This document shows, piece by piece, positions 53,774 through 64,000 of a stretch of DNA of 64,000 nt. The stretch is from the NCBI GenBank assembly GCA_964016885.1, contig OZ024740.1, positions 198,896,001 through 198,960,000 on the forward strand. The letters run 5' to 3'. Under the pieces are notes generated by a model that saw only the letters and a list, made by a program, of their open reading frames with translations, had not been told where the DNA came from and did not search any database. The stretch's first letter is position 1. Each line of letters opens with the position of its first letter. This DNA comes from Eledone cirrhosa. Taxonomy: Eukaryota. The position numbers were made by a program, and so were the translations under genes.

Positions 53774-56670
53774 ATGCTGACGGGCTAGGACAAGATTCGG
53801 TTGACATCCTAAATCTAGTGGTAGATGAATTGAACAATGATAGTGGGAGACCTATGAACCTAAGATTTGTAGACAGGAAAAAGTTAAAAGAAACAACAGC
53901 TAAGGTAAACAAAGTCATCCCATACCTTGAGGCGAGGAGTCTTCACCAGTGCAACAATATCCTCAAAGCAACAGCAAATACGGTGAGGAAACTACTTGGT
54001 ATAAAAGCGAGAGGAAACAACAGACAAGAAAGAGCAGAGCCGTGGTGGAAGAAGCGACTGAGTGGGCAAATCGGGGAAATGAGAAATGACATAGGAAAGC
54101 TTGAGTCACTACTGAATGGGACACTAAAAAACATAGGCACTAAAAATAGACTGGAAATAAAATACAAAACTAGGAGTAAAAAGCTAAATATTATCATAGA
54201 GGAATTGAAGCAACGCATTGTAGCAAAGAGTGCCAAAATCAGGCGATACGAGAACAGAGTCAGTCAGTATAAACAGAACCGCATGTTCGACAACAACCAG
54301 AAGATGCTGTTTGGACAGCTTGAGGGGAAAGAAAGAGGCAACGACTTGATCCCTGGGGCGGAACAAGCTAAAACATTCTGGAGAGGAATATGGGAGCAGG
54401 ATGTTAGACACAATGCCCAGGCAGGGTGGATTGAGACAGTACAGAGGGAGAGCGGTGAGAAGGCACAACAACAGACTGATTTGAGTATCACAGTTGAAAC
54501 TCTTAAGGGGCAAGCCAAAAAACTAAACAACTGGAAATCACCAGGCCCAGATGGTGTGCAGGGGTATTGGATTAAACATTTAACATCCCTCCACCCGAAG
54601 CTGACGGCCATGTTCAATGACTGCTTGGTGTCGGGTGAGGTGCCAGAGTGGTTGACAAAAGGTACCACAGTTCTGATAATGAAAGACCGAATCAAGGGTA
54701 ATGATGTTACCAACTATAGACCTATCACATGTCTGCCCGTAATGTGGAAACTGTTGACGAGCATTGTGTCTGAGGAAATCTACCATCACCTCCACACAAA
54801 CAACTTGTTACCGGACGAACAGAAAGGATGCCGAAAGAAGTCACGTGGTACAAAGGACCAGTTGCTTATTGATAAGATGGTAATGGGGAATTGCAGGAGG
54901 AGACACACTGATCTTGCCATGGGATGGATAGACTACAGAAAGGCATTTGACATGGTGCCTCATTCCTGGATCACCAAAAGCCTGGAGGTCTTCAGGGTGG
55001 CAGATAACATCAGACAGTTGCTGGGCAGGAGTATGGGGTCCTGGGAGACAGAGTTGACATCAACTGGAGTATCCTTGGGAAGCGTGAAGATCAAGAGAGG
55101 TATCTTTCAGGGAGATAGCCTGTCCCCTCTGTTGTTTGTCCTTGCCCTGATGCCCTTGACCATTATGCTGCGAAAAGTGAGAGCAGGATACAAGTTGGGA
55201 AGGGGAGAGCTTACCATCAATCACCTCCCCTTCATGGACGATCTTAAGCTCTTCGGGAAAAGTGAGAAGGAGTTGGATGTGCTTGTTGACACTGTCCGTA
55301 TTTTCAGCAGTGATATATGTATGCAGTTTGGTATTGGTAAATGTGGAGTCATTGTGATGAAGAGGGGTAGGTTGAGCAGAAGTAACGGGATCCAGATACC
55401 AACAGGTGAGATGATAAAGGAAATTGACTCTGAGGAAGGATACAAGTATTTGGGCGTTCTGGAGGCTGATGGCATAAAGAACAAAAAAATGAAGGAATTG
55501 TTAAGAACTGAATACATTCGGAGAGTAAGGAGCGTATTGAAGTCACATCTGAACAGCAGAAATGCCATAAGCGCAGTAAATTCCCGAGCTGTGTCTATTA
55601 TTAGGTACAGTGCGGGAACTCTGAGATGGAATGTTGCTGAACAAAAAGAAATGGATAGGAAGACTAGGAAGCTATTGACTATCTACAACATGTTCCGCAA
55701 GAGGAGTGATGTCGATAGACTCTACCTAAGGAGATCTGAGGGTGGAAGAGGTCTTATCAGCATAGAGGACTGTGTTCAGATGGAGAAAAACAACCTATAC
55801 AAATACGTGACCTATAGTAAGGAGCCAATGCTCAGAACTGTACTGAAGGAGGGGACAGTAGGCCAGGGGATGTCCAAGGAGGAAATAACATCAAGGAGGA
55901 AGAGCAGCCTTAAGGGAAAATCCCTTCATAGTACCTTCTTTGAGAAAACTGAATTTAGAGATCCACAGACATGGAACTGGTTGAGAAGAGGAGACCTCAA
56001 AAAGGCTACAGAAGGAATGCTAATGGCTGCGCAGGAGCAGGCCCTCAAAACGAAGTGGTTGAAGCACCATATCTACAAGGAGGAGGCTAGCCCACTGTGC
56101 AGGATCTGTGGAGAGGGAGAGGAGACTGTGGCTCACATTGTGTCCGAGTGTAAACACCTAGCCCAGACCCACTATAAGGGCTGGAGACACGATGTGATGG
56201 GCAGGGTGATCCACTGGCACCTGTGCAAAGTAAACAATCTACCACATTCTGAGAAATGGTATGAGCATAGGCCAGAGGCGGTGATGGAGAACAGTCAGGT
56301 GAAGGTGCTGTGGGATTTTAGGATACAGACGGACAAAAAACTGGAACACAATAGACCTGACCTGGTGGTTATGGACAAAGAAAAAAGATCGTGCCTGATT
56401 GTGGATGTGGCCTGCCCGTTCGACACGAGAGTGCAAGAGAAGGAGAGGGAGAAAATTAACCGATACCAGGACCTAAAGTGGGAGGTGAAAAGGATTTGGA
56501 ACTGCCATGAAGTCAAAGTGATCCCGATTGTCATAGGCGCACTGGGGACTATCTCCAAAGGGTTCCAGGGATGGTTAAAGAAAATCGGCCCCTTCACGCT
56601 TTTTGGAACGCTTCAAAAGGCATGCTTGCTTGGAACAGCAAGAACCCTCCGATACGTCCTGAATATCTGA
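53770..56670 (+). CDS. R4/Dong-type reverse transcriptase + CCHC + restriction-like endonuclease (966 aa)
   Basis: NWKSPGPDG, NYRPITCL, WIDYRKAFDMV, GIFQGDSLSPL, FMDD, GGRGL, CRIC..ETVAHIVSEC, RHD, RPD..DVACP..EKINRY; no internal stop. Confidence 0.92.
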   Translation: MNADGLGQDSVDILNLVVDELNNDSGRPMNLRFVDRKKLKETTAKVNKVIPYLEARSLHQCNNILKATANTVRKLLGIKARGNNRQERAEPWWKKRLSGQIGEMRNDIGKLESLLNGTLKNIGTKNRLEIKYKTRSKKLNIIIEELKQRIVAKSAKIRRYENRVSQYKQNRMFDNNQKMLFGQLEGKERGNDLIPGAEQAKTFWRGIWEQDVRHNAQAGWIETVQRESGEKAQQQTDLSITVETLKGQAKKLNNWKSPGPDGVQGYWIKHLTSLHPKLTAMFNDCLVSGEVPEWLTKGTTVLIMKDRIKGNDVTNYRPITCLPVMWKLLTSIVSEEIYHHLHTNNLLPDEQKGCRKKSRGTKDQLLIDKMVMGNCRRRHTDLAMGWIDYRKAFDMVPHSWITKSLEVFRVADNIRQLLGRSMGSWETELTSTGVSLGSVKIKRGIFQGDSLSPLLFVLALMPLTIMLRKVRAGYKLGRGELTINHLPFMDDLKLFGKSEKELDVLVDTVRIFSSDICMQFGIGKCGVIVMKRGRLSRSNGIQIPTGEMIKEIDSEEGYKYLGVLEADGIKNKKMKELLRTEYIRRVRSVLKSHLNSRNAISAVNSRAVSIIRYSAGTLRWNVAEQKEMDRKTRKLLTIYNMFRKRSDVDRLYLRRSEGGRGLISIEDCVQMEKNNLYKYVTYSKEPMLRTVLKEGTVGQGMSKEEITSRRKSSLKGKSLHSTFFEKTEFRDPQTWNWLRRGDLKKATEGMLMAAQEQALKTKWLKHHIYKEEASPLCRICGEGEETVAHIVSECKHLAQTHYKGWRHDVMGRVIHWHLCKVNNLPHSEKWYEHRPEAVMENSQVKVLWDFRIQTDKKLEHNRPDLVVMDKEKRSCLIVDVACPFDTRVQEKEREKINRYQDLKWEVKRIWNCHEVKVIPIVIGALGTISKGFQGWLKKIGPFTLFGTLQKACLLGTARTLRYVLNI

Positions 56671-56771
56671 GGCTGCAGGTAGTGGCTTGATATTCAATCC
56701 AACGGACTTTCCAGTTAACCAACATCAATGACTGAGATTCAAGGAATAACAATAACAATAATAATAATAAT

Positions 56772-56811
56772 GATTTCATTTATTAGCCACCAGGACCGAC
56801 ATGTAGGGGAC
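56772..56811 (-). mobile_element. 40-bp 3' tip of a T2-like Tx1 element
   Basis: gatttcatttattagccaccaggaccgacatgtaggggac matches 45792-45831; between (AAT)n tracts. Confidence 0.8.
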
Positions 56812-56841
<30 letters not shown>

Positions 56842-56847
<6 letters not shown>

Positions 56848-57558
56848 TGGATGCAGCCCATTATGCCGTATATGTAAAAAACAACCAGAGACCATTGACC
56901 ATATAATTTCAATGTGCAGTCCTATAGCTCCAACCGAATACCTAAACAGGCATGACAGAGCTGCACAATACATACATTGGATAATATGTAAGTATTTTCA
57001 CCTGCCCCATCAAAAGAATTGGTGGGAGCATCAACCACCTCCCATACTTGAAAAAGGTCACATCGCAATCTTGTGGAACTTTAGCATCCAAACAGACATA
57101 AAACTAGATGCAAATAGACCTGATATAATATTGAAGGACTTTAAAAAGAGGGTATGCCTGCTAATTGATATGTCCGTTCCAATAGACAAGAATGTATCTA
57201 CAAAAACACTTGAAAAATTGAGCAAGTATAAGGACTTGGAGATAGAAATTGGAAAAATGTGGAAATTGAGAACTAAAACAATACCAGTGGTTGTATGCGC
57301 TCTAGGAATGATACCTAAGGGTTCTAATGATTACTTATCGCAAATCCCAGGAAACCCGCGTATATGAGAAATACAAAACATAGTACTAATGGGAACTGCC
57401 CATATACTAAGGAAGACTCTGTCAATATAAGTACATCACAAGTCTAAACGCCTAAAGATGCATGTGTGAGTATGTATGTTCTTTCTTGTTGTCTCTTGAG
57501 GTCACTGGTTGTGACTTGGTGATAACTCGTATGAACATAAAGCAAGATAAATGCAGCT

Positions 57559-57559
<1 letters not shown>
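56842..57559 (+). mobile_element. R4/Dong-like family X, 5'-truncated
   Basis: ORF 56912-57367 is nearly identical to 34800-35318, with a premature stop. Confidence 0.9.
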
Positions 57560-57610
<51 letters not shown>

Positions 57611-57636
57611 GAAGAAGAAGAAGAAGAAGAAGAAGA

Positions 57637-58735
57637 AAGAAATGGATAGGAAGACTAGGAAGCTATTGACTATCTACAACATGTTCCGCAAGAGGAGTGA
57701 TGTCGATAGACTCTACCTAAGGAGATCTGAGGGTGGAAGAGGTCTTATCAGCATAGAGGACTGTGTTCAGTTGGAGAAAAACAACCTATACAAATACGTG
57801 ACCTATAGTAAGGAGCCAATGCTCAGAGCTGTACTGAAGGAGGGGACAGTAGTCCAGGGGATGTCCAGGGAGGAAATAACATCAAGGAGGAAGAGCAGCC
57901 TTAAGGGAAAACCCCTTCATAGTACCATCTTTGAGAAAACTGAATTTAGAGATCCACAGACATGGAACTGGTTGAGAAGAGGAGACCTCAAAAAGGCTAC
58001 AGAAGGAATGCTAATGGCTGCGCAGGAGCAGGCCCTCAAAACGAAGTGGTTGAAGCACGATATCTACAAGGAGGAGGCCAGCCCACTGTGCAGGATCTGT
58101 GGAGAGAGAGAGGAGACTGTGGCTCACATTGTGTCCGAGTGTAAACACCTAGCCCAGACCCACTATAAGGGCTGGAGACACGATGTGATGGGAAGGGTGA
58201 TCCACTGGCACCTGTGCAAAGTAAACAATCTACCACATTCTGAGAAATGGTATGAGCATAGGCCAGAGGCGGTGATGGAGAACAATCAGGTGAAGGTGCT
58301 GTGGGATTTTAGGATACAGACGGACAAAAAACTGGAACACAATAGACCTGACCTGGTGGTTGTGGACAAAGAAACAAGATCGTGCCTGATTGTGGATGTG
58401 GCCTGCCCGTTCGACACGAGAGTGCAAGAGAAGGAGAGGGAGAAAATTAACCGATACCAGGACCTAAAGTGGGAGGTGAAAAGGATTTGGAACTGCCATG
58501 AAGTCAAAGTGATCCCGATTGTCATAGGCGCACTGGGGACTATCTCCAAAAGTTTCCAGGGATGGTTAAAGAAAATCGGCCCCTTCACGCTTTTTGGAAC
58601 GCTTCAAAAGGCATGCTTGCTTGGAACAGCAAGAACCCTCCGATACGTCCTGAATATCTGAGGCTGCAGGTAGTGGCTTGATATTCAATCCAACGGACTT
58701 TCCAGTTAACCAACATCAATGACTGAGATTCAAGG
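57637..58735 (+). mobile_element. R4/Dong-like family Y, 5'-truncated young copy
   Basis: Nearly identical to 55646-56744, frame open; preceded by (AAT)n(AAG)n. Confidence 0.93.
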
Positions 58736-58747
58736 AATAACAATAAC

Positions 58748-58777
<30 letters not shown>

Positions 58778-58779
<2 letters not shown>

Positions 58780-61700
58780 TTTCCTTATTAACCACAATGG
58801 TTTACATAAAGTAGACATTAAGGACAGTACAGGACAATACAGGGCGGTACAAATGGGCCTTTCTGCGTGTAAACAAGAAGAAAACGAGGATGTATTAATA
58901 GAACAATGAAAAAATTCCCCAATAGGGGGGAGAATTCCGAGGGATATTTGTGGAGAAATACCATTAAAAAGCCACAGTGACCCTGACCACCAGGGCAAGT
59001 GCCCTCTCCCAGCTTTCCACCTTTAATTTACAGACACATACTCAGAGTAGGCCCATTTACTCGGACCATTCTTGCTTCTCTCACACATCTTCAACAAAAT
59101 ACTGGGAAGAGAGCACTTCTCTCTCAACCCTGATTTGCCTTTTCAAATGAAATTTGAAAAAGTTAATCAGGACTTCACCGAAGAGGTAAGTGTTCGTCTT
59201 CAGCCCTTTCAAACATGTCCACCATACTAGCTCTTTCGCCATGGTCACCAAACAGATACAAACTGCCTGCCCTTCCCGGCTAAAGGAAGAGGGCGGGGCA
59301 TCCTCACGATGGACTCAGCTGATAGCCGGATCCGTCCTACACGCGACAACAGGTGTTCGACATAAACCCAGAAGTCAGCAATGCTCGGACATTGGACAAG
59401 TGCGTGCCGGACGGTTTCGTCGCCCTGCGCGCATCTCAGACATGCCCGGCTGATGGCACCTCCATGCCTGTAGAGTTTATCCCGAACTGGCAAAGCTCCT
59501 CGGTAACACTGCCAGGCCATGGATTTCTGGAAGTTGTCGATAGGCCCCGGCCCGAAAGTTCTTACGAAGAGATTGGCTAGTTGATTTTCGTCGACGCCTA
59601 GAGTCTCCCCAATTACGTCGTCGCTCTGCCCCTCCACTAATCCTCTATAGAACGCTGAGGTGGAGTTTTCAGCGATCACATTGCCCGATTGATCTAGGGC
59701 AGTGGGCGCCTGACCCAGGACTGCAGCTCCGTCAAGGAGAGGAGCTGGGGAAAGATGCGTCTAGCAAACGGCGACCACACCTGATCACCGTGGAAGAGGT
59801 GGAGATGTCGTAGCCTGAGCGCGTGTCTGCGCATCATCAGCCACGGCATGCCCAACCCTCCACGTAGCGGGTGTTGACAGCAGAGCCCGCCTGTGTATCG
59901 GAGCGCGTCCCTTCCACAAAAAGCGAAAGAGCAAACGCTCCAGCGCAGTCAGGCGGGGCTTAGGACAAGGTACAACGGTCAGGCGGTAGTAGATGACGGA
60001 AGCGATGTACGTGTTAGCTACCTCCGCTCGACCTTTCAGGGATAGATTCCTCTCCGCCCATTTCTGGTTGAGAGAAGCCACCCTGCTCGTCACCTCGTCC
60101 CAGTTTTTGTCCGTCTGGAGGTCCGGACCGAAACAGACCCTTAGCACTTTAACCGGTCCGTTCGTCCAGCGCCCGACGACACTGTTGGACGCACGTAACT
60201 GCCTCTCCAGGTGCTGAGCTGCAGGCCCACTGACTTTTCATGCTTGATCATTGCTCCTGTCACCGCTTCGTATTCTCTTAGTGTAGTGCCGATCGCCTCG
60301 ATGTGTTTGGCGTTCGACAACACTACGGTGACATCGTCCGCATATGCTGTCACGGATCTTCCGCAAACTAGTTCGCGCGGGACCCCCTCAACGTCTCCAG
60401 TTTGTGCAGTAATGGCTCGTGAATCATTACGTACAAGAGGGAGGAGAGGGGCCATCCTTGGCTGACCGAGCGCAGGATGTTGAACGGTTCCGAAAGGTGA
60501 TCGTTCACTCTCATCACAGAGCAGATGTCGCTGTGCATGGCCGCAATCCAGCCTCTGAAGACGGGCCCAAAGCCAGCCACCTTCAGGACTGCCGCTAGGT
60601 AATGATGGTCGACCCTATCGAAAGCTTTCGACTGATCTAAATTGATCAAGGACCCACCCGTGCCATATTCCCTAGCTACCCTCTATACGATGTATCGCAT
60701 GATGTGCAGGTTGTCGTGGATGGATCTGTCGGGAATGGCGCATATCTGCGCCTCTCCCACCAGACGACCGACGACAAGCGCCAACCTCTTTGCTAGCACC
60801 GTGGCCAAAATCTTGAACACTGTGTTTGACAGAGTTATGGGACTGAAATTATCTATGTTATCCCCCTTTTTCGGATCCTTTATCAGCAGCGCCACCGCTC
60901 TTCGGCTCACAGAGCTGGTAATTCTACCGTTCTGTTTCTAGTTGCAGTAGACGTCCGCCAAGAGGCGTCCGAACAAGTCTGGCATCTGTACGTAAAGTTC
61001 ATAGGGCAGACCATCCAAACCAGGCGATTTACCCCTTGTGCAGCCAGTCATTGCCTCCCGTACTTCAGCGGCTGTTATCGGATTTTCGCAGCACTCCGCC
61101 TCAGTGGCCGAGAGCCGCGGGACTCTGTCGAGGTAGACACTAAAGTCTATCCCTCAATCCGGCCCGCGGCTGCCCCCGAACAGATGTGCGGAGTGTCGCT
61201 GAAAAGCATCACACATTTGCCCGGGATCGAGTAGCATGCGCCCATCGCGGTCCACCAAAGACCGGATCGTGGGTTTGTTGCCACGACGCACCTCCGCCAC
61301 TCGGGCCCATTGAAGGGCTTTCATCCCCTCGTGTCTGAGAGCACGCACCCTAGCTCTGACAACGCAGCCTTCGTACTTTGCATTGAAGAATTGGTCAAGG
61401 GTCAATTTTGCCGCAAATACTTCGGTCGCGATGCCTTTGCTAAGTGCCTCGTCTAATCTTCGAACTAGTTCTCCCTCTGCTCTATTTTTCTCTATTGCTA
61501 AAGCCTTACTAAACCTAATGTACTCTATCCTAATCGCTCTCTTCAGAGCAAACCACCACTTATTGTTGACAATGGCCCCCGTCAACGATCGCTTAACTAG
61601 TTCGCAAATCCGGTCTCTGTAGGCCTTGCGCGCTGGTAAGGACGCATTTAGCTTCCAGTAGCCGGGTCTTCGCCTATGAAGCCCATCTAATTCAAGCACA

Positions 61701-64000
61701 CAGATCACGAATGTGTGGTCCATGTAGCTGACTATCTTGAACTGTGGACAGCCTATTCTAAACCTATCTATTTCCCTACAAATTACTCTATCTAGATATC
61801 ATCTGGATGACCCGACGCTTTTGTCCAAGTGCATATTGGCACATTTGGGAAATCCAATCGGTACCTGTCAGACAGTTCAAAACGCCTGAGGAGGTCGGTG
61901 CGGCTCTTGCACCCTCTTCCCCTATCCACTAATCCCACACAGTCCCAGCGTGCATCTAAGATCCCGTTCTAGTCGCCCACTAACACTAAAGAGCGGGTCG
62001 TTCATAGAAAGGTGTCCAGACGCCGGAAGAAATCAGGCCGCCCTACCCCTGACGGGGCATAGACGGCCACTAGCCTGAAAGCATGCCCGTGTCCGCTGGT
62101 CACGTCCAGCACCACCAACTTACCTTCTGGGTCCAGCAAGATGGCCCGTATGGTGAGATCCAAACCTCTCCGAAAAAGCACAGCAACTCCTCCCCTGATC
62201 CCGGACGGCTGGGAGATGCGTACACACTGTAGCCGCCGAAGATCGGCGGTGCGAAGACCCGTGCTTCGGAAATTCTGGTCTCGATGATGGCAACAACAAC
62301 AATGTTTAGTGACCTGAGGTCGTTGAACAGGTGGCCCTGCTTCCATGACGACCCCAAGCCACGCGCATTTATGCTGCCTATTCTGAGTGAGGTCATGTTG
62401 AAATGGAGTGGAAAAGATGGGAAAGTCCACTTATCTTACTTCTTGTAGAGGAAGGATGGTTTCTCTATCCCTTTTCACTTGATCGTCTGGTGATGGGACC
62501 GTTGAATCGTCCCTTCGGCTGGTCGTCGGCTCTTCTTTAGGTATATCCGAATATACTCTCCGGTTGAGTGTCCCTTCTAGGTCTCTGAAATCACCAACTG
62601 CGTTGGGGAATTTCCTTTTAATGTTTGTGTATTGTTTATGTGATATTCTTACCAGTCTTATGTTCGTTGGTGTTTTGATTGCTGCTGGTATTATGTAGTC
62701 GTACTGTGAAATGTCTGTGTGTTCAATTATGTAAGTCAATAGTTTCTTGTTGTGTGTATTTATTGCTGTGCATTTGTTTTTCTGGGTGTGGTTCTGCTAT
62801 TTTCCTGTCATTGTTGCTGGGTATGTGTATTCTGTTGTTGTATTTGCGATGTTGGTGCTTGTTGTGGTGGTGTTGAACGTGTTGTTTTTTGCTGTGGGGT
62901 TGCCACCGGTGGTGATGGTGGTGCTAGTGCTAGTGTGGGTGGTGATGGTATTGGTGGTGTTGCTGCTGTAAGTCTATTTGCACTAGCCTTTACGCTTTTT
63001 TCATTTCTTTCCTCCCTTTTCGAAGGCGACGATGCGATGCTTCTGCGTTTGTGCCTTCTTGCGACCTTTTGCCATCCTTCTCCCACCTCACATTCCATGT
63101 CCGATTCTGGGAGGTCGGGGAGGTGTACCAGCTCCATTCTTTCACTTGTTGTTGGTGTGTTTGCAGTGGAGTCTGTGTTGCAGCTGCAGTTGGTATTACT
63201 GTTGTTGTTGTTAATACTTCCACTGCTGCTGCTGTTCTTGATTTCCGTGGTGTAGTTATGGGTGCCACGGACCTAGCCTTCCTGCTTGCAGCCTGTCCTG
63301 TTGCTGCTAGCAGTGGAGCCGGTTTCGGAAGGAGGGGGGTTTTCTTCTTTCTCAGGGTCTTCTCATTGCAGAAGGCCCTGAGGTGAGTCTTCGATCCACA
63401 GCGAAAGCATTTCGGGCGTTTGCCCTCAACACTTATGAGCAGTTGAGTGCTGTTATGGAATTCTATCACATCAGGGGATAGCTTCGATGCACTCCTGGTT
63501 GGTTTGGATTAAGATTTCAATGGAGGCGCCGACCCAATCTTCTCGTACTTTTTTCTGTACTTGCAGTACAGTTGTTTTGTCCTCGATTCCGAAGAGGGCA
63601 GACGCGGCCAAGAAGGAGCCATCCCGGGGGGGGGGTGGTGAGTTTCACCCTCACAATCTTTTGCCCGCAGTAGGGGGGCACCAACACTATTTCCTCGCTC
63701 CTCAGGGTCGCTAAGGATTGAACCTTTGCCTCCTGGGGTGAGACAAAAGCACGTCCACGGTGGCATATTTCTTGCCTTGGGTGATATGTGTTTTTCGCGG
63801 CCACACAGACCCTAAGGCTTTTTGTATTTGACCCTCTGTGGCTTTTTCAACCCTACGGGATTTTGTGCTTATTGTACGGTACGTGACCGTACAGTGCTGT
63901 TGGGTTTCGAAAAATGTTTCGGCTGCCTTGCAGATTACTCGGTGTCCGGTTTTCGTCATCATCTACTTTGCTTCCTGTAATTCCTCATTTGTTATAAGGA
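58778..64000 (-). mobile_element. Tx1-like non-LTR retrotransposon T3, runs off the window edge in ORF1
   Basis: ORF1 CFRCGSKTHLRAFC (62990-63469); ORF2 from 62396 MTSLRIGSINARGL, LDQSKAFDRV, TAYADDV, CLRC..ETVRHALVQC; frameshifted. Confidence 0.92.

Larger units (their letters stand above)
53080..56744 (+). mobile_element. R4/Dong-like family Y, near-intact full-length copy
   Basis: Two abutting ORFs cover Myb-like, RT, CCHC and RLE domains; 74-nt 3' UTR then (AAY)n; 5' boundary uncertain. Confidence 0.93.

Noticed and set aside
38976-63386. Hydrophobic Leu/Val-rich + strand ORFs (e.g. 40191-40754, 50928-51269, 62752-63255) resembling membrane proteins
   Set aside because: Antisense shadows of the Asn/Thr/Pro-rich Tx1 ORF1 regions
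34736-64000. Telomeric retrotransposon array or CRISPR-like repeat-spacer array
   Set aside because: No TTAGGG tracts seen; spacers are variable-length microsatellites and the inserts are kb-scale retroelements in eukaryotic DNA

Overview
AT-rich animal genomic DNA, most likely an octopod cephalopod judging from the tRNA-derived SINEs and a (CAT)n-tailed repeat end. It contains no supportable host gene and is almost entirely retroelement-derived, in two sharply separated domains. (1) About 0.8-32.5 kb is a (TA)n-microsatellite field holding at least six families of Penelope-like elements (PLEs; RT and C-terminal GIY-YIG remnants). Nearly all are fold-back inverted repeats. They carry about 14 complete-looking type I hammerhead ribozyme motifs, one with an ~110-nt stem II, and share a small hairpin-GAGYNCT motif near their 3' ends. 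(2) About 34.7-64 kb is an uninterrupted array of non-LTR retrotransposons separated by (AAT)n tracts. Seven R4/Dong-like (RT + restriction-like endonuclease) copies are all on +, and four Tx1-like (APE + RT) copies are all on -, so two clades use one microsatellite in opposite orientations. One R4/Dong copy (53285-56670) is nearly intact. The Tx1 copies share a splice-donor motif at the ORF1 stop. Clade names come from motif recognition only; boundaries and base-pairings were read by eye and are approximate.
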